Part shown: piece by piece, positions 1 through 15,447 of the stretch
Numbering within the stretch: position 1 is the first letter of the stretch
Layout of the letters: each line of letters opens with the position of its first letter
Source of the DNA: Chrysomallon squamiferum
Lineage: Eukaryota; Animalia; Mollusca
Assembly (NCBI GenBank): GCA_012295275.1
Contig: CM022668.1
Coordinates: forward strand, 6,634,001-6,698,000
Direction of reading: 5' to 3'
DNA: 64,000 nucleotides
Position numbers and translations under genes: made by a program
Notes under the pieces: model-generated
Seen by the model: the letters and a program-made list of their open reading frames with translations, nothing else
What the model was told of the DNA's origin: nothing
Databases searched by the model: none

Positions 1-1440
1 AAAATTAAAATATGTAACAGAACTAGGAGATGATAAAACGGCGAAGAAAAAAACAACAACAACAACGAAAAAAAAAAAAAACCCAGCAGCTTATTCTAAT
101 GTAACATAAATTAAACGTCAAAACGAAACAAATCAGATCTTATTACAAAATAAACAACTCGCTGTTTGATACGTCATTTCTCTTTTGCTTGACACAGTTT
201 TGAAGTGGGAAGTTTATAATCACATTGTTAAGGATCTTAATTCTTTTGTAGCGATTCAGAAATTTATTTTTTTTTCTCGTAATACCTCTAAATCTATCAT
301 TGCGAAACATACCTTAGTTGATAGCAAGAAGTCACGAAGTATAGATCTACAGAAAAAAACCCACAATTTAATTTCTATACAAACGATCTTTTTCTGTTTG
401 TTTTTTTACTTTGTACAAACGTTAATAGAAAAGACCTTTGAGGTAAAGATTGTTAAGTCTATTCCTATAAATGGTAAAAAAAAAAGTAAGTGTTAAAATA
501 AAACAATTTTCAAAGAATTAAGATGATTCAAAACGAAATTAAGTTTTTTAAAACTGACAAGATGGCATTTAAGTACGTCTGTACTGATTTTTTTTTTTTT
601 TTCTCTAGACCTTTCATAACGTATCTTGTTGAAAATATATGTTCTTGATATGACATACAGTATATATATCTATTCTAGTGTATACATCAGTCAACACTGA
701 TTTTCTTTTATTGTTAATCATATCTTAGAAGCTCTCAAGAAATACATTGAAAATTAAAATCTAAATTTAAAAAAAAAAAAAGTATTTGTCATTTATGCTT
801 GAGCGTAAAGCGCTGTCGCTCTCACTGAGATTAAATGTGACACGTGTCATCATCCATTCATTGTAATAATAAGTTGTTTTTCTGAAATACATTGTAGATT
901 TATGACTATGGGTTGGCTCAAAGCATTAAAGGTTCGTTATAATGGCGCGTTTTATTATAACGATTTTTTCAAAGAAGTGTATTTATTTGTTGAGACGCAA
1001 TTATTTAACAATATTCGTAGCAAGAAAAAGTAAATAAATAAATAATACAGAATGTTTGTTTTCAAAAGGTTAATGCAGTACAGTAAATTGTAGAAACTTA
1101 ACTAAAAGCTCCTCAATAAAAAACGTAATTCAGTCTTCCCTACTCGGCCATTAATAACGTACGTTTACAAATAAAAAGTCGACTATAGAGTATAGTGTAT
1201 TTCAGCCATATTTGTCCTTGAATGTTTTGCAAACCACTAGCATGAGCAGCTCTTTGATGGTGACAATCTACAAATTACAGAGACCCACACAAAAATTATC
1301 TCTACCATTAGTCCGTAGATAACTCGTATATTTACCAGCCTAATGTACGTTAAATAAGTATAGATTATATTATTTACACAAGAACTCGTTTTACACTTTA
1401 TTAACAGTGCGAGTGACACACGCAGTCGTATTATCGTCTT

Positions 1441-1500
1441 ATTGGTTTGACCTCTGACCCCAGCCTGTGACGTCAGGTGATATGATTCGGTGCGTGCACG
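1441..1500. promoter_or_regulatory. Candidate cis-regulatory cluster (CCAAT, DR1, CRE, E-box, GCGTG)
   Basis: ATTGG 1441-1445, TGACCT-C-TGACCC (DR1) 1448-1460, TGACGTCA 1468-1475, CAGGTG 1474-1479 and GCGTG 1492-1496 lie in a short GC/CpG-richer patch. Motif matches only. Confidence 0.3.
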
Positions 1501-1615
1501 GCGTTACAAGATCTGATTAGAAACTACAAACCGCTGTCACCTTTTTAGTGATCCTGGGAGAGAACATTCTGTTCACGCTTATGTTTCGTGTCATTTTTAA
1601 TTTTTTAATTTTTAA

Positions 1616-1661
<46 letters not shown>

Positions 1662-2691
1662 TTGTGTGTGTAGTATATGTATGTATTTATGCAGGCATGC
1701 ACTTTGCACTAAAACAACCTTATGTATTAATGTCTGCGTGTGTATGTCTATATGTACGTATATTTTGAACGTATGTTTGCATGTATGTGTGTATGCATGT
1801 ATGTGCGTAATGATATGTGTGTGTGTGTCTTTGTATATCTCTCTGTCCTTATGTATGTATGTATGTATTTAGGAATGAACATTTTGTTGGATTAAGTATG
1901 TTTGACCAAGACAACTGTATGTATGTGTTTATAATGTACAAACATACACACACCTACATACATACATACATACATACTTACATATATACCATACAGCAGA
2001 GACAGCATACACACATACGTACGTATATCTTACAGTATTTTATATATACGATTTCAACAGGATTGTAAGATTTCATGATAGTAACAACGAAAACAACAAC
2101 AACAACAACAAATAATAATAATAATAATAATAATAATAGAATAATTATTATTATTATGATGACAACAACAAAAACAACAATAACAATAATAACAACAACA
2201 ACAACAGCTATTATAATAATAAAATTAAAAAAAACAATATTTTCACTGTTCGTGAACGAATCTGATCTTTCAAAAGATCAGTAGCATCTCTAAATAATGT
2301 CTTCAGATCTTTTGATTAGTTTTAATGGATTTGAATTTTCGTTTGATATAAAGGAGATACATAAAACTGATTAAGACTGTTTTTAAAATCCTCGGCAGGA
2401 ACTAGGCTACATTTCAGAAAATGAATAGCGATCGTTTGCGCAGTTACAACCCTGGCAGCCATGTTTGGACAAATATCTGAGACATATGGCGTCTGATCGT
2501 ATCATTCACTGTTCACACGGGAGGCGTGTTTGAACCTTTAATCTGGATAAAAACAAGATAATATTTATAATCCATTGGCTTTTGCGTGAACAAAAAAAAA
2601 AAAAAAAAAAAAAAAAAAATTAAAAAATTAAATTAAAAATATATAATATAAAAATAAAAATAAAATAAAATAAAATAGAATAAATAAATAA

Positions 2692-2741
<50 letters not shown>

Positions 2742-5518
2742 GTCACGTTTAGTTATGTCACAGAAGAATAAGCTTTTTGTTTTTGTTTATAGTTCACGTT
2801 TGCTTTTTATCTACTGTTTGTGTTTAATTGTTTAAAACATTAGGCAGGCACGTTTAGAGAATAATGATCGAATAATGGACAAACAAATTCGTAAATAATA
2901 AATAAATAATAATAGTAGAAATAGTAGTAGTTGTAGTACTAGCAGTAGTAGTATCAGTATCAGTAATAGTAATAGTACTAGTAGTAATAGCATCATCATC
3001 AGCAGCAGCAGTAGTAATAATAGCAGTAGTAGTGATAGTAGTGGAAGTATTAGTAGTAGTAGTAGTAATAAAGTAAAAGAAAAAAGCGAAAAATAAAATG
3101 ATAATGAATAAGTGTGTACCTAAGTAAATAAATAAAAGATAAATGGTAAAAAAAAGATAAATAATTAGTAAATACATAAAGAAAGAAAAAAGTCAAGTTA
3201 ACAAGAAAGTCGATGTACGGTAAAGCTGCATAAACTCGAGTCAGACGTCAAATCTATTTCACGTGTCAAAATGTTACGTTTGCCAAACATGTCTGAAACG
3301 GGTTATAGCAGAATTTGATTAATGCCATAATTAATTATCAACAACATAAATCATGGTAAATTCTTCATTTCCAACAAATTTAAGCAGAAATGAAATATCT
3401 CCAGTGTCACTGATAAATGGGGATTGTCAAAGTATTCGAAACTTCTCGTCTGCCACCAAAGAGCGAAACGAAGTATTTTGTTGTCAAATGGAAGACGACT
3501 CAGTCTGATCTGTCAATGAAAATTAAGTACATGTACAATTAATGGTCTTATAATTCAAAGTTTTGTCCACGATCGCAGGGGAATGTCATTTTGTGGTGAT
3601 ATAATTTTGAATGATAATAATATATATTATAAAAAAATAATATAATATAATATAATATAATATAATATAGAGATAAATAAAATAAAATAAAATAAAATAA
3701 AATAAAAAAAGTCTATACCGATACACAGAAAAATAGAAATGAGGCGGTTTCATGTTCATAATTTTATGATCTGTTTTTGGATTCTCTTCTAAAGTTTACA
3801 ATTATATTTTATTTCAATATCCAGCGGAGTTTGTGTTTATAACGATATACTCATTCAGTTACCTAGCAAACAAACGAACATAACTTTTAAGAAAGCGACA
3901 ATGTCTGAGGTCAAACGGATTCACGAAAACATGTTTGAACGAGCTAAAAAAAATTAAAAAAAAAAAAAAAAAGCATGGATAATTTGTACAGTTTAATCAC
4001 AGTCTTGTTCAGGTGATATAGTTTGTTTTCGGTCGTTCAACCAGACGGGTTTATTTAAAGTTTTTATTCGCTGGCAAACGAAAATAACAAAAAAACCTTG
4101 ATAAAATGGCATAAAAGATTTGTTCACACATTGTGAAGTTTTTCATCGTTCGAATAGCGTTATTAAATGCCGCTTCAGTATCATATCATATTTTTAATGT
4201 CTGATATGAGTTTAAGTAAATATTACAGAAGACTGAATGTTCACAATGGACTATATCAAAAGGTAAAAAATTCGGAAGGAGGCAATCTTGTTTAGAGCTA
4301 GTAAGTATTTTCGTTAGTTCTGATGTCAAATATTTTAATATTAATATGAAATAGATTATTACTGGTAAAACTAATTTATTTGTTTATGTCCATCCGTATA
4401 TCTGTCTGTTTATCTCTCCTATGTCTGTCTGTCCTCTACTTATACGTTCATATGTGAATTTGCTTATACGGTGGGGTTTTTCCTAAACTATATGTCTGTC
4501 TGTCTAGATGTCTGTCCGTATATCTCACCACTAATCATATCTATTGTATCTGTTTACATCTCTATCTATGTCTGTCTGTCGCTCTGATTGTTTATCTGTC
4601 TTTTAGTTTATTTCGCTTTGTTTCAAGCCTTCTTGTGTGCCTGTCTGAAACTACGAAGTCTCACATCCGCTGGGTAATATCATACCCTTTTACCACTAGA
4701 CACTCGATATTTATTGTAGAACACTTTAAAACGTTTATTAGTCATAAATGAAATCATGTTCGTAAATTTCATTTTTTATTTTTATTTCTTTTATTATTTA
4801 TTTATTTTCCTTTCAGAACATTATATAATACAAATGCCATGCAGATCATTTTTTTTTCACATAAATTAGTATAACAAGCATGTACTAGGAAAGGAAGAAT
4901 AAAGAAAAGCAATAAAGAAGAAAATACGACAGAAAAAAAGAAAAATACAGAAAAAAACACAAAAAAAAACAAGCCTATAATTACTGACTCGATAAAATCA
5001 TAAATCACCATTCTAACGATCAAACGCTGAAACCGAAGGCGAAACGAAAGCAAATCAACGACAAGAAATTGAAAGACAGAAAGAGAGAGAGAGAGTGAAA
5101 AGAAAGGAGGTATTTTACAGCGATAGCTACATTACTTGTTTGTTTACTTTATGAAAATAGAAAAGAAGAATTTTTATTTCTGAGTCGACTAATAATTATG
5201 ATGTCAGCTAGTGAATAGGAAAAAACACAACTTTTGTCGACAAACATAATGTCGACGGTTGACAGTGAAGTCATGTTTAGACAAGGATCTGTTAATATGG
5301 AATAGCAGTTATTTATTTAGAAGGGCGTAGATTAGCCGATCAAATAAATAAGTAAATACATTTTTAAAAAGAAGATGCTAGCTATTGTCATTTACTAAAA
5401 AAAATAATAGTTATATTTGAACAATGAATGATGAAATATAAATTTGTACTATATAAAATTTAAATTAAATTGCTGCTGTTAAATTTGTTTATATAATAAT
5501 AATAACAACAACAACAAC

Positions 5519-5564
<46 letters not shown>

Positions 5565-5569
5565 TACAA

Positions 5570-6480
5570 TTAATAAAGATATCGATGGAATAATGTGATA
5601 TAATAAGAATATCGGCGTACAAAAGTGTCATATGAAACATATCGATGTTAATAAACCAGCTGAATATCATTGAAAGTGAACGATATCAGGACAATTGGTA
5701 GAATATTGAGAGTAATGTAAGATGATAAAAACACTTATACAGTGTCAGGTAGCAGAAATATCGATATACAAATGTGTGATAAAAGGAATATCTTTGTAAG
5801 ATGTGAGATACAAGAAATATCGGTGGAAGAATGCGATATTATCGTAACGTTGATCTCAAGACATAAGAATATCGACTTTCAGCGAAATTGGCGTATCGAT
5901 GTGACATGATATGAATGTGATAAAACAAGAATACATCTACATGAATGATATGTCAGATACCAGGAACTCTGTTATATAAATATTTGTTAATATGTCGAAA
6001 TATCGAAATACACATGATTTAAGAAGAATGTCTATATATCGATGTTTTAGGACGTGTAAAATGTCAATTGAAAGGAATGTCGATAGATAATGAGAATATC
6101 GATGGAGACACATGAGATAACAAGAATTTCCATATGCATCTGTCAGTTTTAGATAGTGAGATATCAATATCAGTGTATGTGTGAGTTAAGGGAGATATCG
6201 ATATTTAAATATAAGATTACAGAAATATCTGTGTGAATCTGTAACAGAACTATCGATCAAATAACCTAAGATAATGCGAATGTCGATGATATGATGTGCT
6301 GATAAAAGGAATATCGATACAACGTGAGATATCTTCAATATCGAAAATATAACGATAAAAGATAAAACGAAAAGAAATCTCAATGTGTTAACGAAAGAAA
6401 AATCAATGAATTATCGTGAATTGAATAACTGCTGTGACAAATATTAAACGGTAGATATGACAAGTATGTCATATTAATTC
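5570..6480. repeat. Degenerate minisatellite with an AATATCGAT / GAGATA core
   Basis: Variants of aagaatatcgat and tgtgagata recur throughout at short irregular spacing. No credible ORF. Confidence 0.6.
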
Positions 6481-7246
6481 TAAAAAAGACAAGGTCGGAA
6501 TATTTACGTAACTTTATCTCTTTTTTTCATTTTTTTTTTCACGCTACAAACAAGAAACATTAGATGTTTGATATTGGATATATTTAAAAGAGTGGAATAC
6601 TAAGTTACTGTTATAATGCAGAAAGTAACAACAACGTGTTATTGTTTTGTTTTGCTGTTTTTTTTCTTTTTCCCAGCGTGTATATTTTTGTGCGTGTATA
6701 ATTGGTGTATGACAAGCTCGTACTAGGAAGGGAAGAATAACTAAACGAAAGAAAGTAGTACATAGACAGAAAAAAGAAAAGAAAAAAAATAAAGTATAGA
6801 AGAAAATAAAGAATGAAAAAAGAAAATGAAGGAGAAAGAAAGAAAATGCAGAAGAAAAAGAAATAGAATGTAGAAAAAATAAAAGAGAGCAGAAAAAAAA
6901 AAAAAAAAAGGAAACTAAAAAAATAATAAAAACGGAAAAATGGATAGTATAAAGTAAAACTAAAATGACAAATCATTATTCTCTTTTGAAAACGTACACA
7001 ATTCACAAGCTGGAAACCACGTTTTCTTTTACTTTTTCAATTTTGGTTTCTGTATCTTCACACAGCAGGACACTCTGTTCTATTTTTTGCTTCACAAACA
7101 GCGACATCGTAAAGATAATTGAAGAAACTGTTTAAATTATATCTCTGAAAACAGAATGACATTCAAGAGACTTTAGAAAAACGAGAGCTTTAAATTAGCA
7201 TCTGTTAAGACTTCCAGTGTCATTTGTAGCCATCAGCCGTCTTCAC

Positions 7247-7347
7247 ATGTTGGACAAAATGCGCAGGAAACTGCAAACGGATGTCGTCTGCAAAATGAAA
7301 GAAATCATTTTTCCGCCAATATCAGAGTACCGGAACTTGGACTCAAG
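7247..7347 (+). CDS. Candidate first coding exon of gene A (MLDKMRRKLQTDVVCKMKEIIFPPISEYRNLDS-R)
   Basis: ATG at 7247, 101 nt open, ending AAG|GTAAAG (phase 2). This matches the phase-2 acceptor TTTCAG|GCTAATG at 18164 and gives a 439-aa product. Confidence 0.5.
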
Positions 7348-7489
7348 GTAAAGTAATAGATACTTTTATAAAATATTTAATTATATATCTATCACACACA
7401 CACACACACATGTATATAAAGAGGGGAAAAGATGATGATGATGATGAAAACATATATATATAAATATATATATAAGAATATATAGAGAG

Positions 7490-7593
<104 letters not shown>

Positions 7594-8439
7594 TGATGAT
7601 GAAAATAAATATAAATACAGTGACATTTTTTTCATAGTGTTATCTACATAGATAACTGTTGTTGTTTTTTTTCGTATTTTCATTTCAGTTGATCTTAATT
7701 CTAATAATATTCTACAACCTTCAGTTGAATCGTTCTGTGTAGCTAACAAAAATGTTCAGTGACGTCTATCAGTTAATAAATCAGCTAAAATATACCTAAT
7801 AATCTTCTTGAAGCTGACTGAGAATAAGTTAGTACCGAGAATACACAAGTCCGCAGTCGAGAATCGATCCAGAAAACTCCTAGTCTTGACATCGCTTAGG
7901 CGTTTTTACTTTTTCTGGATTGTTTGTGTCAGAAGGTTAAAACAAACGACTTACAGCGACTTTCTGTGGTATTTTATTTGTTCTGTCCTTTATTTCATTG
8001 TTGTTAACGTACAGGGCGTATTCAGTTAGGTCTGAATTACATTTAGTCAGGGTGTGTTAGATTTAATTACTTTTTAGTTGTATTAGATGATCTGTGGGTC
8101 GCACGAATTTGAATTTTTCATTTTTCATACATATATAATAATTACATGCATACATTCATATACACAAATTTATACATACATACATACATACATACATACA
8201 TGGAGAAAAAGATAGGCACACACAATTGTATTTAGACAGCCTATACAAACACACAGGCAGACATACAGACAAAATAAATGAAGAATAGAAAAGAAGAAAA
8301 AAAAAGAAGGAAAGAAAGAAAAAATAGAAAGAAAAAAGAAGAAAAACAGAAAAGAAAGCAGGGAAAAAAGAAAGAAAGAGAAGAGAAAAAATGGAGGAAA
8401 CAAAAAGGACGGAAGCAAGAAATGAAAATTTAAAAAAAT

Positions 8440-8470
<31 letters not shown>

Positions 8471-9213
8471 AACAAATAATAAAAATTAGAACAAAGTGAC
8501 AAAAATAGTCCTTGAACTTCATTTACAAACTTCCTTCAACTGAAACCACTACAGTTACTTACACGTGTGTATCAGGTTTCTACGTAAGCATTACTGCAGT
8601 GACGTCGAAATTCAATTCCAAATGACCGCAAACAACCGTACCGTACGATCGACCAGTAGCTTGTAAAACATATTAATTAACGGCAAAGAGAAAGTCATTC
8701 CGGTAATAACAAACCCAGAATTAATTTTATCAATATCCATTCTGAGTATCAATCAAAGACTGAGCATGTTGTTTTCATGTCTAATGAATCACTTAATTGC
8801 AGCCATAGAACCTCGTTTCTGCCATGGCTTATTATAGCTCTTTGAATTCAACAGAGCAAGACTGAGTACAAGTGAAAATACTGTGATTAATAACGCTTTA
8901 CAGTCTTACTGGATGAATGAACGAATAACATTTTATTATTATTTTTTTTTTTTATATTCATTCAAGTATATAAACACAGATAAAGACACGCGGACACAAA
9001 ACTATGTATGTATGTGTATGTAAACACACAAAAAAACATTAAAAAAACTACCAAACACACACACACACACATATGTACATCAAACACACACATGCACTTA
9101 TACACACACATAATTTATGCATACATACATATATACATTTATATATACCAGCTCGCATCTTTGATACAAATATTCAGACAAACATTCTCACGAACACATA
9201 CTCTCATATACTC

Positions 9214-9279
<66 letters not shown>

Positions 9280-10410
9280 GCACACGCACACACACACACA
9301 CACGTAAACAACACTACCACGATACACAGACACAGACAAATATGTTTACAAAGATAAAAACAGATTACATGCTGCATGCCTTTACCTCGCGGCTCTTCGG
9401 ATTATTTTTATTTTCCTTTTGAATAAGCCTTTGCGAATCTACTGCTGTGTGATAACAGAATTAAGATATTTGAAAAGCATATCATATTATATAGAAGAAA
9501 TGTATTATACGTCAAAATATATACATGCACAGAAAAAGAGAAAGAGAGAGAGAGAGAGAGAGAGACACACACACACAGGTATAATTTCAACCAAAAAAAA
9601 ACAACAACAACAACAATAAAAAATAAAAAATAAAATAAAAATAATGAAAATAAAAATATGAAAAACAGAAAGTGGCAGGGACTGCTTTTATAATCAGCTT
9701 TATATTCAAAATTCTGTTGTACACGCAACAATAATTGTAGCCTGAGAAAAGCACTGCTACGTATTGTAACGGGTATCACGTTACAGTTATGGGTAACAAA
9801 TTCGTGACAGTTTTTGTCAGGCTATAATTTGTCCTCAGTTCCTTGATCGATAGTTAATTATGCATGCTAGCCTGTGTGACACTGCACCGTTATTTCATTA
9901 TGTTTTTTCTTCTTCTTATGTTTTTTTTCTTCTTTCATTTCACAAAACATCGACTACAAACAATAAAGGAACCGACACGTATCATAAACACAGGTGGACC
10001 GTCTGCAAAAGCCATTTTCTTATTCCGTAATAATCTTCTTAATGTATATTTTATAAGGACATGAAAACCTTTTTATAGTCGTATAATTTATCTGTACACA
10101 TAAAACTTGTGTGTTCTTAAAAGAGGCAGTTTTTCTTATTAGGATTTTTTTTTATTTTATTTTTTTTAACCATTATCTCCCCCACCCCTACACGTCGTTC
10201 TGTTTAACGCTAAAACGAGGCTGACAGCAGATATTGGGTTTCATTAACCGAAAAACGTCGTCTGCTTTTTGGAAGAGATCGTCTTGTTGTGAGGTGTTTG
10301 ACTAATTGAAATTCAAAATGCCACGGAAGGCAAAGCGTGTTGAATAAACAATACTTTGTGACATTACTGCAGAGGAATGACTTGCAGGTACTGAATATTA
10401 AAAAATCTGT

Positions 10411-10521
<111 letters not shown>

Positions 10522-11401
10522 CAGCATATATAATTTTATTAGTTTATATTTTTGTTTTTGTTTCTCTCTTTCTTTGTCTATATTTTTCTCTTTCTATTTT
10601 CGTCTTTCTCTCACACACAGATATTCACATGTACATACACAAACATGCAGGCACGCGCGCGCTCTCTCTCTCACACACACACAATAAAATGAAACACGTT
10701 CTTAGTGGACGCGAACATTCGTTCTGAAAATTCTAAATATCTTATTCAATTTAAGTGTTTTTCAATTACCAACAGTTAATATTTTAGTACTCTTGCGCTG
10801 TCATTTGTATACTGTGTATTTATGTATGTATGTATATATATATATATATTTGTGTGTGTGAGTGCATTAATGTAATATATCAACCAAGGAGGTCTTTATT
10901 ACGTTTTGTCATGTAGATGTTGTTATATCACTGTTATTTATTTATATATTACTGACATTACTGCTCAACCGTAAAACTGCTAATCTTTATTTTGATCTAG
11001 TTGTGTGAAGTCTTTTCTTTACTGCACGCGAGGTGTATTAATTACTAGTAGTCATTAGGAAGATACTCTCGAACATTTTGCTAAATAAGATAATGAAACT
11101 ATCCTCCAAAAGGTAGTTACAATACATACGTCCAGAAAAATAATATAATGTAATATAATATAATATAATATTATATATAAATAAATAAATTAGTAATATT
11201 AACTAAATGAAATCAATAAATAAAAAATAAAAAATAAATAAAAAAAAAAAGAAACAAAGAAAGAAGAAAAGAAACAGAAGAAATGATTGCAAATAACTTT
11301 TTATTTAAAATAATAATATTAGTTAAATAAATAAATAAATATTTCAGTTACATAAATATTGTTTAGTAAATAGAAGTAACAATAATTAAAACATAACAAA
11401 C

Positions 11402-11455
<54 letters not shown>

Positions 11456-12760
11456 ACAGATAAAACCACATATACGCGTATACTACATTCTAAACCTTAG
11501 TATCAGGTGACATAGTTATCTTGTTGCATGTAGCGTGTTGTTGACAAGAAGAGTTACGTATTCTGTCGGCTTCATGTTACGTCACTTGTTGTTCGTAACA
11601 CGTGAGATAACAATTATCTAGAATTTGTGTATTTTTACATTACGTAAGTTAATGACGTATTATTATTATAAGGATTACTAATACTACTGTTACTAGTATC
11701 ACTACTAATATTACTACTAACTACTACAACCGTCAACAGTACTATTACTACTACAGCTACTACTATTACTACTACTACTACTACTAGTGCTACTGCTGAT
11801 ACTGGTACTACCATGTTCCTGATGTATTAGTATAATTTATATCAGTGAATATTCAGATATACAGAGCATCTCATAATATTTGAAATATACATATCTTTGA
11901 AAAGTGTCAGCACTATATAGCTAAGAACATATTTAATTATTTATTTAGAAATGGATGTGTACGTCTGATTAGACTTTACATATAGACAGTATTCGTGAAC
12001 GTACTGTCACCCATGACACATATATGTATGTTAGTATGTATGTATATCTATGTATGTGTATGTAGTGTGTGTGTGCGTGTGTGTGTGTATATATATATAT
12101 ATATGCATACATATATATGTACATATAGATATATACTAATTAATTAAAAGTGGTAGTAGCAGCAGTAGTTGTTGTGGTAGTAATGAATGATGATGATGAT
12201 GATGAAAAAAAAACATCATCATCATAATCATCATCATCAAAACAACAACAGCAACAACAACAACAATAATAATATATTCTATACACGTTAAATAACCTGT
12301 CACTGGGACTGTACATATCTTCCGTATCATTAATGCTAAAAGTGTACGTACACCATTTTCTCAATCTCCTCTTTGTGTTCACCTATTAAATAACAAAACA
12401 CTGATTCATTCTAACGAGGCTTACGGGTTACGCTCGAACACAGCTATGAAGGCGGCCATAGAAATTTGCGTGACTGTTTATCAGTCCGGTAACCGTAGAA
12501 TTTAACACGGCTTTCGAGGCGTTGATATTGGCGATCTGAGGCGGGTTTTTCTTTTTCTTTCGTCAATTATCTGTGGTGTTGATCGCGTAGCAAGTTGAGA
12601 GGTGTGTTGATATATTTCTCACAAGTGGAATTCACTCCTGGACTGCTTTGTGTCTGTGAACAAGGGATAGAATGACTGTTGCGTTGTAGGATTTGAAGAT
12701 TGAATTGCTGTGAAAATTATGGCCTCTTTTTTTTTTTTTAATTTACAAAGAGATTTTTGT

Positions 12761-12835
<75 letters not shown>

Positions 12836-13861
12836 TATTATTATTATTATTATTATTATCATTACGTTGATAATAGCGATTCGTTTGTTATATTTTGTAA
12901 TAACGGATTTAGAGGGACAGACGGAGTTAGCGACAAACACATACAGAGAGAGAGACAGAGAGAGAGAGACACAGAAAGAATTAAAATAAAATTGTAAATA
13001 GATTTTACTTTTAAAAATATTCATTTACTTATTCATTTATTCATTCCTTCATTTATTATTATTATTACTTTGAAAATAACAATAAATTGTTAAAAAAAAT
13101 TAAAATAAAATAATAATAATAATACATACGTACATACATACACGCATACATACATATTTTCATACATACATACACACATACACACATACACATGCATGCA
13201 AACACATAAAAATTAATAAATCTATTTACGCCTATCTCTATAATTATGTACTCGAATCACACCCGTTAGTACACTAATCTTTTATTCTTTTTCTTTCTTT
13301 TTTTTCGCCCGTTTTTCCTCTTTTTTTTTTGCTGAGTCACATACAGGTATATATATATATATCTGCACAGATAACCCTATAATCCTGTCATAATATCAGC
13401 TGATTAAAAACATGGTGAGAAATGATTGTCTTTCACGTCACAAATGTGGCTACCTACAGAGAACGGTTTCAACAAGAACAACGAGAACGAAATTAATCAA
13501 AAATATTATTTATAAATTCTGGTCTCACTGTCTATTTCTGTTGGACTATTTCTGTTAAAACAAAGCCGCATCTATGATCTCAGTAATTGGAAAAATAAAG
13601 CCTGTGACATACCTATTCAGTGTTCGTTTCAGATTATTTGAATTGGATTCAGATAAGACTACCACAGCATTGTTGGCGTGTTTTACACTTGTAAGAGTTG
13701 GAGTGAAATATAAATTAAACAACGACAGCGATGTTTTGCACGTTTCAGACTACGACGGCTGGATTTAGACGCATTCTAAACAACGACAACTTTGTTGACC
13801 GCAGCACTGACGTTGCTGTTCCCTCTGTTACAGTAGGGTTTAGACACACAATTGTGTATTG

Positions 13862-13950
13862 TTGTTGTAGGGTCTAAGCCTGCACATTAAGATCAATACC
13901 TCACAAGTTCGAATCCCAGTTACGCAACTGGATCAACAGTCATTTGATAC
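13862..13950 (+). mobile_element. Possible decayed tRNA-derived SINE head
   Basis: B-box GTTCGAATCC at 13907-13916 follows a degenerate A-box-like TGTAGGGTCTAAG. No intact cloverleaf. Confidence 0.35.
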
Positions 13951-14031
13951 AGCCTTATTAGTTAAATTTCTACACTTCTTCCTGTTTCTCTTGTCCGCTG
14001 TAAAAGAGAGATCTATAGATATCTAAACACA

Positions 14032-14143
<112 letters not shown>

Positions 14144-14381
14144 GTCTCGTCTCGTCTCGACTTGTCATATAATTTTTATAATTTATCTCTGTCTCTCTGA
14201 CTTTCTCTCTCTCGCTCTTTCTGTTTTCGTTTCTCTCAGGCACAGTTTTCTTTCTTTCTTTCTTTTTATCTATCCTCTCACACAGAAAAGTTTTTTTTTC
14301 TTCATTATGTTATTACTTATATTTGGGATGTCACAGCTCGCGAAAAAAAAAAAACAATCTTGTTCGGTACTGATACTGTTA

Positions 14382-14815
14382 CAGGTACCGGATCAATTAT
14401 CCGGACTCCTTAGAGCCTGAGGCATTCCGGATTTCGGGATTTTCCGGTTTTCTGGTACCAAGGCATCTAAATACGTAAATAATTAGGCATAAATTATAAA
14501 CATTTTAAAATTAAAAACATAAAGAAAATTGACGATACACAACTGTGGCGACTCGACACTTAAACAATGCGGCGAGTGAATGAGCGCCACGCGGCTTGAA
14601 AGAGTAGTACCGGTCTGGTGAGGACAACACCCGCGCGCGCGGTCTATAAAAATAGCGTCCTGAAAAAACTTCCTGTCAGAAAGCGTGCCCGCCGTAGACG
14701 TGCTTCACAACAGCTTACTCTGATTAGCACGTTAATTTTTTTCAAGGTTCAAGGTTCAAAGACTTTTTCTGGTCTTTCCGGATTTCAGGACACCGGATAA
14801 TTGGTCCGGTACCCA
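14382..14815. mobile_element. MITE, Tc1/mariner (pogo/Tigger-like) type, ~434 bp
   Basis: TIRs GGTACCGGATCAATTATCCGG (from 14384) and CCGGATAATTGGTCCGGTACC (to 14813). The left end starts CAGG, TA flanks both sides (14380-81, 14816-17), and there is no coding capacity. Confidence 0.8.
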
Positions 14816-15236
14816 TATACGCTATTGAAAATTGTCGTATTATATAAATAAATACATGTACTCTATTTTTGGATAATAACATATTATCGTTTGCAGCAAG
14901 TATACAATTAATATAAGAGTTACGCAAAATATCCGAATTACGGGAATCGTGACGTCACATCCTATACATGGTGGAGCCAGGCAATTTGCCATCCATATGA
15001 TGTAAAAACTATAAATAAAAAGCTTGCGCAGATATTTTTAAATTTGCTTTTGTACTTCATTATTAATGAAGACTGGATGAAATAATAATAACAGTAACAA
15101 CAACAACAACAATTATGATGATGATGATAATGATGATATTAATAAATAAATCAATAAAAATATATTAATTGATAATATTAATAGATTATTAACTAGTAGT
15201 ACAGAATGCAGAGAATTCTAACGATATGATGCTAAT

Positions 15237-15319
<83 letters not shown>

Positions 15320-15365
15320 CACCCATCTTTCTGTCTGTCTCTGTCTAACGGTCTCTCTCTCTGTC

Positions 15366-15447
<82 letters not shown>

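Noticed and set aside
185-496. 103-aa ORF and other short non-repeat ORFs in 1-13 kb
   Set aside because: AT-rich, no recognisable motif and no consistent splice partners found.
13862-13950. Functional tRNA gene
   Set aside because: Only the B-box is good. Acceptor and anticodon stems cannot be formed convincingly.
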